Part shown: piece after piece, positions 19,500 to 33,423 of the stretch
Layout of the letters: the number at the start of each line of letters is the position of its first letter
Numbering within the stretch: position 1 is the first letter of the stretch
Notes under the pieces: generated by a model
What the model was told of the DNA's origin: nothing
What the model saw: the letters and a program-made list of their open reading frames with translations, nothing else
Database searches by the model: none
NCBI GenBank assembly: GCA_012295275.1
Contig: CM022671.1
Location: forward strand, 14,818,001-14,882,000
Source: Chrysomallon squamiferum
Lineage: Eukaryota > Animalia > Mollusca
Length of the DNA: 64,000 nucleotides
Direction: 5' to 3'
Translations under genes and position numbers: made by a program

Positions 19500-19845
19500 C
19501 GTTCTGTAGTTGGATCTCATTTATAGCATGGCGTTTCGATTCTGAAATGGCTATTTTAATGGTGATCCAATGATGGTCTGTTCCTAAATTCTTTCTTATT
19601 ATTTCTGTTCACGATTATACTCCCTCATCTCCTGCATGGATATGATGATCAGAACGAGTTTGGCAATCTCAGCAAGTTTTCTAAATCTGTATCCATCATC
19701 AGCATTCATGTAGAAATATTACCCAGAATGCTAACCATCCAGAATATTTCACATTTATCAACAAGTTTGATAGTAGCCTCAGTCCATACTTTAGTGTCAA
19801 GTTGTGAACTCTTCGTGCATCTAATCATAAACTCGATACCCGTAA
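19500..19845 (-). mobile_element. Fossil hAT transposase, C-terminal dimerisation region
   Basis: Minus strand reads VWTEATIK...GYRFRKLAEIAKLVLII, then a frameshifted (S)xAGDEGV, resembling the hAT motif F.xLxxxAxxxLxxPxSNAxxERxFS. Confidence 0.65.
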
Positions 19846-20052
19846 ATCAAAACAAACACAATTTTTTTTAAAGTAACAAGATATCTTTTAATAATTATAT
19901 TAAAATATATAAAATATGTAGCACTGCAAATAAATAACTAACATAACGTTTAAGTTTTCTTCACGTTTGTTTAGTTATTAAAAAGTTTTTCTTTGCTGTT
20001 GTTAGCAGCCAAAGTGTTCTGATTGACGCACAGTGGTAACTATTACTACTGT

Positions 20053-21787
20053 TCAGGAATACGCAGTCTGTTGTCTGTAAAATCCATCATTTACAGTCAG
20101 GTCAGATGTGCTGGTTGGCGGCATGTCGAATCTCACCGGTGGATGCTGTTCTAACGATGCAGAGCAGAGGTTTAGCGAATCTGCTACATTAGTGTGTAAC
20201 GCAGGTATTGACGCTGGGTACTGGAAATCAAGATCTGAAAAGAAGTAACTGCTTTGCACCCTTGTGCTGGAAGTGCACGTGGCAGATCTGGACTGAGCCT
20301 GTGAAGTAAGAATCTCAGAATCCCTCTTCAGCAGAGATGAAGAAGAATGAGGCACGTGGACAGATGAAGAAAAGATATTCGAAGTCGGGAACACTCGGTC
20401 CAGGTTCAAAATGTTTGTCTGCTAAGCCATTTGATGAATGAGGTTCCCGTTCGTTGGTTGACATGTCTGGAGATGTGGCGACGTGGGACGACTGAAACCG
20501 GCAGGTAGAATGAGCAGGTCCACGCACGTCTCTGGTCTGGTTATATCCAGGTATGGCGTAAGGCATGTACACCGGCGGCATATAATGCAAGCTGCAAACA
20601 GATGACAATAACAATGATTATTAAGTGTGTGAAAAAAAAAAATAAAAATTAATCATGTAACGTTAGAGTTGTTTTCAAAATGAATAAGTATATTTACTTT
20701 GAAGATGGTCGGTTAAGCACGGGGTCTCTGCGTGGTTCCTGGGATAAAGAAGAAAGAACGTGGCTGTCTCCTGACTTGAGATCCACAGACTCGGCAGGAG
20801 GCGATGCATACAGCTGATTCCTCATCCAAGAAACGTATCCATCCTTAGACTGGCGTTTGAATTTAGAGCGGCGATTTTGGAACCAGATCTACAGTGACAT
20901 GAAATGTGTTGATTAAGCATAATAAATCAAAGAAAAAACATTTTATCAGTTTAAATCGGTATATTGTGATGTTAAATTATAATTATGTTTCTTTTAACGA
21001 TAGTATATTTGTTTTCTCTTCATTTTTATAGTCGAAATATTTATTTTATTAGCTATTCCTTTTTTTGGCCATAATTCTGTGCGTACTGGAATACTAAAAG
21101 AGTAATTTTCGTTTTTCTCATTGTTTTTTTTTTATTATTATTTAATTATTATTCTGAAAAAAAAGTTTTAAATTCGTACCGAAAGTCGTTCGCTGTTAAT
21201 GCGGAGGTTCTCGGACAGATCCTCCATTGTGTTGGTATCAGGATACTGAGTGTGGTGAAAAACTCTCTCCAGACAGGTCAGCTGAAACACAACATTGCAT
21301 CATCACTACGTATTACGTCATCTTGTTAGTGTTAAACAAACAGTCCAGGTTTTAAATAAGACGCGAAATAACTAGATTAAAAATGTTGTGATTATTTAAT
21401 GTATACATCAGAGACACAAATCAAAATGTGTGATTAGAAAAAAAAAAAAAAGTTATTGATTTAAATTAATAAATCAGTAAATGTTTTTATGAAGACATTT
21501 TTACATTAATTTGTTGAAGAATATTTTTCAGCTGTATAATTTATAACAGAGACTTTCAGTATTTCTTATCTTGAACTTAAAATAATTTGTTTGTTGCACA
21601 GAAGATTTTCGATAAGTCGCAATCAAACTGAAAAGTATGAAGGAATATTTGTATGTGTTAAAATGTCGGTGCGTAGTTTGTTGCAGACCGTGTAATTTCA
21701 ACCAACCTCTACATCAGTGTATTTGATTCTGTTTCTGCCTGTTTTTGCGGCAGTCTTTTCCAACACAGAAATCGACTTCACTTTCAT
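20053..21787 (-). CDS. Divergent PRD-class (paired-like, Q50) homeobox transcription factor; last exon either stops at 20315 or, with a +1 frameshift, at 20053
   Basis: Exons 21787(ATG)-21707, 21281-21180, 20888-20698, 20591 onward. Homeodomain TGRNRIKYTDVE|LTCLERVFHHTQYPDTNTMEDLSENLRINSERLS|IWFQNRRSKFKRQS, with the PRD-typical intron between codons 46/47 and the QYPD motif. Confidence 0.85.
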
Positions 21788-22141
21788 ATTATCTACAAAT
21801 AAAATACACGTTACAAAAAAGATGTAGGTTACAATAATAACAAATTATATAACTATATATAATTATGTGTGTTCTTGTACGTATGAGTGTGTGTGTGTGT
21901 GTGTGAGTGTGTGTGTGTGTGTGTATCATACATTTTTACATAATATTAAATATTAATTTACAGTACATAGTTCTGCGAACATTTTATGTTTAGTTTAAAG
22001 TGATTTATTTTATGCAGTATTAATACTTTTTTAATAACACAGTGTTATTAGTGTAAATTTGTCTTTGATATTTTAGAACTCTCTAAGAACTCATTTAATA
22101 AGTTGGGTTTTTTTCAGTATCTAAGGTCGGTTGAAACATAC

Positions 22142-22904
22142 CGGCGTTGATCAATATGCCTGGAAAAGAGTTTTTAACATTCAATGATTTATAAAATAAA
22201 ATATACACTGGCCTTTTATTACAGTTTATGTTACTGACATTATTTGGCCGTGTTCAGTTTTAAATTGTTCACTCTGCAGTTACGTATCAATTATTGTTCT
22301 TCTTTTACAACATTTTATTTTAGTTCTGAAATTAATTTGTTTGCATTATTTGATCATAAATAAAAATATTTACAAATAAAAAGATGAGAATGAAATTGTT
22401 TTAGGTTGTTTGGTTGTTTGCTTCTTTTTTTTTTGTTCGTTGTTGGTACTTTATATATAGTGTTTTTAATTTATAAATCGAATTCTGTAAACGTTTCATA
22501 TGTGTATATAACTATACAAGCTAATACTAAATCATTATAAAGAAAAATGTATAAATATCGAAACCAGAATAAATACAACAATATATAACAAATATAAAAC
22601 ACTATCTCCACTGAAACAATATTTTTAAAATAATAATAATCATAATAATTAAATAAATAAAATGAAAGTGTGAATTTCATAATACCGGTTCGTACGTAAT
22701 CCAACAGTATAACAAATATAAAACATTATCTCCACTGACTATATCAAAATTTACAAAAACAAAAATAAAATTGTGCATTTCAACATACCAGTTCGTACGT
22801 AAATCAGAAAACACTTTGATATTATTTGGCTGATGTTTAAAGTTGTTCACTTCACACTTAAATGCAACAATAATATTGTATTTTAAAGATTTTCCTATTT
22901 TATA
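22142..22904 (-). promoter_or_regulatory. Candidate TATA box, 5'-UTR exon and 18-nt UTR micro-exon of the homeobox gene
   Basis: Minus-strand TATAAAA at 22904-22898; donor CTG|GTATGT at 22789; micro-exon 22159-22142 flanked by CTTTTCCAG and GTATGT. Confidence 0.5.
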
Positions 22905-23116
22905 GTGCGCTATGCGAACCACGAGAAGAAAGGAATCAAAGATAATTGGTATGATTGGAAAATGTTTATACAACATTTAGAACCGTTGCTGAACAAGCCA
23001 CCTACAATATGGCCTCACCCTCAGTGGCCACGGTTTAATCTACAGAGCAATTAGCTGTAATCACCTAACTAGCTTCAAAGGGGCCGATACTGAATAACTG
23101 ACGAACATGCGGAACT

Positions 23117-23224
<108 letters not shown>

Positions 23225-24868
23225 TTAGCATTAAAATACAAATAATAAATCAGTATCATAATGATATGGTTTTGGAAAATGTCTAAAAATTAATTATATG
23301 TAATTTCTATAAATTTGTATAACTATTCAAATATAAATATATAGTATGAATTACTGTAGTTGGTATATGAAATGTCACAACAATGTTATTATTAATATTA
23401 TTATTAATATGTGTAACTATAACAGTTTAATAAATTAAAAGAAACTCGTCTGTTTAAGGTGTTTGATTATATAAAAAAAAAAAAAAAAAAAAAAAATGTG
23501 TGTGTTTGTTTCATCTCTGTATACTGTATCTGTCATTTCATGTCACCATTTAAAAAGCCGTGTGAAATTCAAACTGCCAGACTTGTACCTTGTTCTGGTT
23601 TGAGACGGGGCGGGTTAAAGAGGTGTAGCAATTAAAGGTTTCCAATAAATAACAACATAAATCCAGTTATAACTGTTATTATTGCTGTGGTTATTATTAT
23701 TAATATTTATTTCTATGTCTTAAAAGTTCCTGTTCAGTGCTAGCAGGATTATAGTATAGTTAACTGCTGCCGTAATGTGTACGTGATATATCTGAATAAC
23801 TGAAGTTAATTACTTTGAAAGGACTCGCTTTGCACTGAGTAACGAAGAGATGGAATACTAATTTGTTTTTAGTCACATTTAGGTGACATATGATCATTAA
23901 TGTTTTATAAGTTGTATTAATGAATAATATAAATTAAAAATTATTTTTGAAAGATATAATTAAATTTTAAAAAAGAAAAGAAAAAAAGTAAACAAATAAT
24001 TATTCCCTTCATTTATTTTCATGTGATGACTGAGAAATATATTTTAATCGGCTGTTTATAAAAAGATATCTTAGAAATTGCTCCAATACAGGATGTATTG
24101 ACAATGTTATCAGCGAATTCAAAACTGATCGATTAAAATTAAAATAAAATTTTTACTTAAAATAAATTTTGAAATCCTTAACAATGTCTGTTAATAAAAA
24201 AAAATAACAAAATAAAAAAATAATAATAATAATAACAGCTGGGCTAGACTGTGGGGTAAATAATTACAGCAACACATTTATGTTTAATTTATTTCATAAT
24301 GACCATATGCATATTAAATTTTGCTTCATTCCCAAAAGATCCGACAAAGGCCAAATATTACCTGTTAATTTATTATAATCCGCGTGACCTATATATTTAT
24401 ATATCAGCGCTACACTATGTTAAGAATGCGCAGCGCATTCTTTGATCTTATTATTGCTATCGCTAAAGAACATCGTCGACATTTAAAAAAAAAATAATAA
24501 ATAAAAATTATGTATATATATATAAAGCCTATGTTTAGATAAATTATGGGAAGAGCTATAATTATAACCAGTTTGAAAGCGTTGACCTTCTTTTTCTACT
24601 CCATTTTGTGATAAAAGTAGCATTTAGCGAAGTATTAGAAATAACTGATGAGTTGCTTTTTTTCTGTCTCATTCTCATTTCCACTGTAACTGATCATAAA
24701 AATGCGTCTCTGCACTAGTGCAAGTTCGCCTCGCGTAACAATTTTTTTTTTTTCCGAAATCATCCGAAAGCACATATGTCAACTTTACTTCCTGATTACT
24801 GTTACTTATTTCATTGTCACCAAGAGACTCAGATAGCTGAACCTCGTTTTTGGCAGAACAGATTTAGT

Positions 24869-24974
24869 ATGGTGAAAGAAGGCGATTTAATAAAAGCGGT
24901 AAAAAACAACGACCGAACAAAGTTACAGGTAATGAAATTAATATATGTATATGTATATTATATAGGCCATATAG

Positions 24975-25006
<32 letters not shown>

Positions 25007-25886
25007 TATATGTATATGTGTATGTATGTATGTGTGTATATATTTATATATGTATTAGTGTGTGTGTCATTGTAGGCAAGAAGTAAACATTTTCATAAAA
25101 AACAAGTATTTTCGAAGTTGTTAAAAAGTTTTGAAAGGGTTCAGATAAATATATGTAAATGTATATGTATATTATATAGGCCACACACGCACATATATAT
25201 ACTACATGTATATGTGTATATATGTATATGTGTATATATTTATATATGTATTAGTGTGTGTGTGTGTCAGTGTAGGCAAGAGGTAAACATTTTCGAGGTT
25301 GTTAAAAAGTTTTGAAAGGGTTCAGATAACAGTTTCTACAATCACATACATTTTTAAATGAGTCACTCACTAACCTGTGAAACAAACAAAAAAATCTTTT
25401 GCATTTTAGTGAACGGCAATTTTCATCCATTTATTTACCAGTATGGGATGTAAACATATCTCAAATTCATCCCAATAAATAAATAAATAAATAAATAAAC
25501 AAACATTTGATTAATCTCAGTAATGGTGACCAGTGATTATCAAAAAGGCAGTATCCAAAATTTGTCAAACAGACCAAATCCATACAGCTCTTGCTTTTTG
25601 TGAATATGTTTTATGGAGGGCAAGTATTTCTTTTTGGCTGAGTGAAAACAAAATAGTTGAATTATTTTAGATCTACAGCTATATGGTATTATGTATAATT
25701 GTGATTAAGTAATATAAAAAAACAAGGATAGATAATGGTATTTCAGGTAGCAGTGAAGGACACTTATTTATAAACACCTTTCCACAATCATTTAAAACCC
25801 ATACAATAATATTTCTTTTGCTCATGTTGTTGTTGCTTAAGTTATTTTAGTTTTTATTAAATAATTACTGTTCTTGTTGTTATTAC

Positions 25887-25923
<37 letters not shown>

Positions 25924-28900
25924 GTGCAGTTTTATGCTCAAGTTTGTGGATGTTAAGTAGAAACTACTGACTAAAAATTCAGAATTCCTTTTTCTGCTAT
26001 AAAATATATACTATGAAATATATTTTATTTCTATAAATTTGATTCCAATGTTAATTCTTTTATTTTTATTAATATTATTTTTTTTAATTAATTCATTATT
26101 ATTATTATTTTTTTATTATTGTTATTCTTTTTTTTTGTTATTTTTTTTAATTCTTTTTTTAAACAATATTATCTACCTTTTCAAATAAATCACTATTAAT
26201 ATCAATAATGAAATAATAGTTTACTTACTTTAGTTTTGAATATATATTACAGTAGTAAAAAAGATTAATTTTTTTTTTTGAAAAATAGATAACCATAATA
26301 GTTTGCCTAATAATTAACAATAACAACAAAATGCAAAGAATTGAAATTTTAAGGTAAGTACCTAAACCACTGTTGATCAAGCACTTAAGTCGACAGCTAT
26401 AATTAGCTCAACTGCTCAAGTACCCACCTCAAGCTGCAGGGAGGGACTGTTGTAAACTGTATCCACAGACTGCAAAATATTTGAAACCATTTGGATATTA
26501 TGTAATCAATATTCATTTCAAAAAGTTGTTAATTTTTAATTTTTAGACATTACGTTTTGACTGCATTATGTTAAAACTATAAAATGACAACTGAATTATT
26601 TTGCTACTTTCATCTGGAGTAATAGGGCAGCATTTTTACAAGCATAAATTTTGTCTCTGAAGATGAATATCTTCGTTACATATTTTTTGGAACCATTTAG
26701 CTAAATGACAGAAAGTTAAACAAAAAAATGAGATTAAACATAAACATATATGTTGGTAGAGAGATAAATATATGTTATTATCAATCTAGTAATCACTTGT
26801 TATTTGGAGTATGGGGATCCAAAATTTAATTTAGATAATCTTCACATAATATTTGTTTTAATTTACATGACTAACTTAAAAAGATTTTTAAATATAATTA
26901 TATGAGCATCAATAAAGTTTTCATTGAGAACATACATTTGTATTGAAATGGTATTAATATTCTGAGCTCTGTTAAAATAATTAAAGGCTTAATTTATTAA
27001 TTATAAAATCCAAGTTAATTTTCATTTCAAAAACAAATTGTTTTATATTTCAAAAACCAAATTGTTTTACATTTCAAAAAACAATTTATTTTATATTTCA
27101 GAAACTTTTAGCAGACCCAAATGTCTCTATTAGCAAGCCACCTTCTCAGCAAAGAATTCGATTAAAACTGAATCATCTTGATATCAACTGTCATGAGAAA
27201 GGCACAGAGTACACTCCCCTTATTATTGCAGCTTTGAATGGTAATTTCTGTGCAATATTCATTACAGCAACACTTTTGTATTTAATTTATTTTTCATCAA
27301 GACCACATATTCACAAAACAAACTCCACTCCCAAACTCCTGATAAATACAATAACTCTTAATTAATAAATAGTGTCAGTGTATAGATTATATATGTTTTA
27401 TTATTCTGCACACAGATTTTAAAATACCTCTTTCTTTCTTTTTTTCAGTTATGTTTTTATTGTTATTATATTTAATTGCTTTTAATTTTCACACACACAA
27501 ACACACACAATATTGACCAAATAAGTGAAACAGAAGTTTATCTCTGAAAATTGTCTTATAAGCAGAAAATATTGAGAGAGAATTAATGTTTTGATATTTA
27601 TAGTTTTGTGTCTCATTTAATGTTGATCCAAAATGTCAAAACAATGTTGAAATATAATACTGCAACTAGTAACCTGTTCACAACACTGATAGGCTAAAAG
27701 GCATATGTTGTTAATAAAAATAAACAATTGGCAAAAATTTTTTTTTTAATTTATTTTAAAAATAAAGATTATAAAGCAAATAAACACATGGTACTATGTA
27801 GAACAGAACTAAATGGTGGAAAAAAATCACACCCTCCACAAAATCTTTAAGCAAATTGTTTATTCTCTCACACTATTGTTTTACTTGGTTTTAGTTATTT
27901 CACAGAAATATCCTTGTTAAATGAAACAAGTTTTTGCAGTTAAAAATGTGTAAAGTAGTAATGCAAATGTTAAAAGTTGTCAATTTTATAGAACTGAACT
28001 AAAAGTGTAACAAAGATCAGTTATTTTTAACAAATTTCCAGTGAAAAGCAGTTTATTGTAAGGTAAAAATGAAATAAAATTTGTTTTCCTTTGTTAATGA
28101 AAATAATTATAAAATTGTAAAATGGTGTCAGCTGTCATTGCATTAAAACTAAAACTTTCACTCTAAATGGAATCTGGTTATTTGTAGGATCTATGTCCCA
28201 TGATAAAATCTTCTGGAATAAATAATCACTAGATGAGTTTGTCAATTACATTTCATTCCTTAGATTACTGTGTGAGAAAAACTATTCATATAGTGTATTT
28301 TATTTTTGTTTTAGGAAATGTGCATTGTGCCGAAACGCTGATATTTCATTCAGCAGATGTCAATGGAATAGATGCTAAAGGGTAAAGAAAACTATACTTA
28401 CTTGTTGAAATGCAAAACAGATTTCAGTTTTATCTTCATGTTCTTAGTTGTATAAAACTAACCATTATAATAATATAAGGAACATTTTTCATGTTATAAC
28501 CGAATGTTAATTATGGGTTTAAACCAGTAACATTTAATATCTTATATGAGTTAACACTGTATCCTTATTCATTAAAAATAATAATAATACAGTAATTATC
28601 TTCTATAACTGTTTCAGGAATACTGCTTTGCATATGGCAGTCTTCTCCATGAATTCTGAGATTGTAAATCTTTTGCTTGAAAACAATGCACAGGTAGCGT
28701 TTATTTATTAATGATAAAGATAAACTTGTAAGCACAGTTTTGTTAAAGTATTTTGATTATTATGAAGATGGGGGTTATACAATGAATACTTGTTAGTTTC
28801 CCGTTTATGTCCAGTTTCTGTACTACTCACCAGTGTTTATTTGTCTAGTCTTTGTCAGTCTGTAGCAGTTAAAATTGACTTATTTATTTTCTGTAATTAT

Positions 28901-30340
28901 CTTTGCATATTTTACAAAATTCTTATAAACAACATATGTATTAAGTTATCTTAACAAAAACTCAACATACACAATCTTTCCTTATGAGATTAATATATTT
29001 ACCTGGGTCCGTGCATGCTGGTTAGTTAGGAAGGTCTCATCAAATCAGTACGTCTTACAGTACCTTGTGTAGGAGGCTACAGCATTTGAGATGCAGTTAT
29101 TCAGTGTTAGCTAGCATTTAGAATCCTTTTTTCATTTCATGATCTTCAAGGAATCTAAAGGAAGGTAGCTTCTACTAATAGCTGTAAATAATAAAGTTTC
29201 AGTTTCAATGGCTGAATGTGAAAGACTTCTGTGGCTTGAATTTCTGCATGGCATTACAACATGCAAAACTTGAAATGGATGATCTTTCAAATATTCTGTT
29301 CACTATATTTTGAAAATTAGTGGCATGGTGAAGAAATGGCAAGCAGTCAATAATCATCATACCAAGTGCTTGCACATCCTGAAATTTACCATATTCTAAA
29401 AAATTGTCACTGAGAGACAGGAAGTATCTGAACCCTGCACTTTCTTTCCAACATCAGCTTCATATTCTGTGCAGTACTCCTATGTCCTAAAACCCATTTC
29501 CATCACAGTATATAAAAAATAATGGTATTGTTTTAACATCTTGCCTGCTGAACAAATATTACATGTGGAATCATTTACTTTGCAGGTTGACATAAAAAAC
29601 AAAGATGACAACACACCTTTACATGTAGCTTGTCTCTGTGACATAGACAACAACACCAGTCTTCTGATGAAACTTCTTTCGGTAATTGGATTGAGCTTTT
29701 CTAAACAGAAAATTTACACAATTAAATACATAATTCCAAATATACATTCCAAAACTTGTTGATGTTATTAAAGAGGTTTGACTGTACATGATCAAACTCA
29801 TTATAACACCAAAATCAGATGACAAATGTTGATGTTATAAAGAGGTTTGATTGTATTTCTGGTTATAAACTGAAAATGTGGCTTTAATATAAATTGAACA
29901 TATATGTGTGCATTTTTATATCACTGATTGTTGATCTTCTGTGTTTTAAGTTTTAAATCCAGATGGAAATGGAAATCTGAACAATGAACTAATTTATGAA
30001 AAACTTGAGAGCATAAAATCTGAACTAGTAAGATAGAGTCATGACTTAAAATACCTCAGGGTACATAAACAAGACCAGACTATTCATACCTCCACATACA
30101 TTTTGATCTAATTCAGATTGTAATTTTGTGAAATGTGATAATACTGTAAAAATATAAAATTTCCATTGAAATAGTAATACAGTAGGTGTGATTCATTATT
30201 ATTTGCATTAGAAATATGCTGAGCTTTCTGTTTAAAAATAAGTTTAATAACTTTTCTCATTCTCAGGCTGGAGCTGACACTACTGTTGTGAACTGCGCTG
30301 GACAAAGTCCCATGGATATCCTCATCATGTACAAGAGAAA

Positions 30341-30375
<35 letters not shown>

Positions 30376-33300
30376 TAAAGAACGTAAACATTAAAAACAA
30401 CAACAGCCTTAAAAAAAAAAAAAAACAGCAGCCTTAAACAGTGTGATTTAAGTTAGGAAACATGATAGGTAGTTTAATTTTAATAAGAAAGGTCAAAATT
30501 ACTTGATTTATTAAACATACAAGTAGACATTCAAGCACACATCTTAATGTTTTAATTTCACTTTTATTTTTGTGCTTAGGATTTCTTTTTCAGTATGCAT
30601 ATTGTTTTTCCAGTTTAAAATCAGTTTGAAAGCATGAGATGAAAAATTATAACTGAAAAAATTATTTTGTTTTTATTTTCAAAATAACAGAGTCCTTGTC
30701 TATATTACTGGATTTTAATCCAGCTTTGAAACACAATAAAAGTGCCCTTGTGGAGTCGGCTAAAAGAGGAAATCATGAAATTGTTGAGCTTCTGTTGGAT
30801 TATGGAATGGATCCCAATGCTTTTATGGAGGAAAAACAGACAACACCACTTCATGAAGCAGTACGTTTTAACAGGTATAGTATTCCATTAATTTATTTTT
30901 CATCAGCATTTTTCTTTTAATATTTTCAAGCGGTTATTTTATAAAAGTAGTTGAATTCACATTTAAGAATGACTTTCTTTTACTTAATATAATTATTTTC
31001 TTATTTTAATAATGGTTTCACGTGCTCTTTAAGTAATCAGTTCAAGCATTAACATTGATTGTTTTTTCCTTGAAATATTTTAATAAAGTAGTTGAATTCT
31101 CATTTAGGTATTAGTTTGGTCTTAATTATTTGCAGAATTTATAATGATTTTGGTTTGCTATTTGAGTAAAAAATTTGAGGATTAATACTGTTTAGCTACA
31201 TTAAATAAATGGGTATCTTGATTAATTTGAAATAACCTATTCTATTAATTAAAACCTGTTAGGTTTTTTCCCTTAACAGGTATGTTATTGTCATTTTGAT
31301 TTCAGTATTATGTATTTCAATCATACAGTAATATTACCCATATCATTTTCTTAACATAGAGTTGACCCTGTGACAAAAAAGAATATAAAATTGTTTTAGA
31401 TTGAAAGTGGCAGAAATCTTGTTAGCTTTTGGTGCATCTACTTGCGTGAAAAACAATAAAGATGAGGTAAAATATATTTATTAATAAACACTTAAAGATT
31501 TAAAACTTACTTGACTTTGCTTGGAACCCACTTATCACATTTATATCATATATATATATATATATATATGAAGCCGGCAAAACTTTTGTTGATGTGATAG
31601 ATGTGTTATTTGTTTTTTAATTATTTTTGCAATAATCAATTGCACTTTTTGCTATGCCTTTAAAAATTCATCATCAAGCTACATGTGTTTGTATGTGTGT
31701 GTCTATCTATATATATATATATATATACACACAATAATAAGTTGTCTTTAAAATCTAACAACACTACTGTTTAATATATTCATAACATAGTTACAGAAGT
31801 TTATCTTCAAACTATATTTTATCAAATTGTTATTTAAAGAATCTTGTATATTCCACTTTCTGAACAATGTTGCTAGTGCACTGCTTGCTGAATAAAATTA
31901 CATGTGCTTAATAGTTAATAATGCATCTCAGGCAACAAACCTTTTTGTTAAAAACAGCCATTTGTTATATTTTTAAATTTTGCTTTTACATTATATTCTA
32001 ATTATTTAAACACACCACACTGAAAACTGAGGAGGGAGATTAAATATATCTAAAAGGAATATATATGTATGTGTGTGTTTGTGTGTGTGTGTGTTTGTGT
32101 GTGTGTGTATGTGTGTGTGTGTGTGTGTGTATATAGAGATAGATAGAAAAATAGATACACATATATAGATATATATATGTAAGTATCTATGTATGTATGT
32201 ATGTATATATTCCTTTTTCTTATCTAATTCTTATAAAAATAATAAAACCAAAGAAAAATAGTTTTTGGTTGTTTCTGCAGTTCTGTTATCAATTTCCCAA
32301 TTAAAAAAAAATAATATAAAAAAGTAAATAAATAACAGTTAACGTTAAAAAAAAAAAGAAGGAAAGAAATGAAACAAAAAAAAAATTCCTTTTATTCCAT
32401 AATATTTTTCTTGCATTAATAGATTTTAAGAGGAAGAATAAAAAACAGTATTAAAAATAAAATAATGAAATATAAAATGGGTATAATTGAATTTTTTTTT
32501 TTTGTGGCTGTTTTCTTGTTTTCAGACACCAGAGTCTCTCGCCAAAGAGCAGATTGCCGCAGTCTGTGCAGACTTTTTAAAGTTGTTTGAAGGTACGATT
32601 TCACTACCATCCATTTTATCTCTTACAGAGCAAGAATTTGCTTAAAAATAGATTAGAACCTTTTTTTTTTAAAAATTCAAATAGTATACACAAAATGTTT
32701 ATTGGTATTAACTTTAAAAGTAAAAATGATGTTTTTAATTTTCAGTTGTAAAAATTAAATAATAAATTTCTGCGTTACAGCTTACAAGAATGTTACACCA
32801 AGAATTCCAAAATTTGTGTCCGACAAATGCAAGGTAGTGATAAAGCAAGCTTATGGCAAAGGTAAATATGTTTTTATTGCACATACATCATAATTATATC
32901 AAATGCCTTCCTACTTGTTTTGTCAGTAACAGAAATCAGTACTGTTTAACCTAACAGTAAAAGTAGATTAATGAAAAAAGATTCTTATTTAAGAAAATAT
33001 TTGCTTTATACAATTGCTGGAATGAAAAAATAATCTATGGAGAAATCTGGACAGCATGATGTTGATATTGTGAAAAATATATTTTTAAAGTTAAAACATT
33101 TTGCTCACCTCCATGTTAAAGTTTTGTGTTTGTTTTTGTGTTTTTCGTTATCACCATCTATCACAATAATTGGAACACAGGCAGATGCAGACAATAGTCA
33201 CTAATCATACTGTACCACTGAAAAAATATGACAGAAGATTCTGTTATAACTGAGTGTATTGTGATTGCTAAAATAGTCACAGTAAGTAATGGGGATGGCA

Positions 33301-33390
33301 AAACCTTGACCCATTTGGTGTTACGATGGGTACTCAAAACATAAATACATGAAAAAATTTAATTTTGTTAGATTTTTATTGTAAAATATA

Positions 33391-33423
<33 letters not shown>

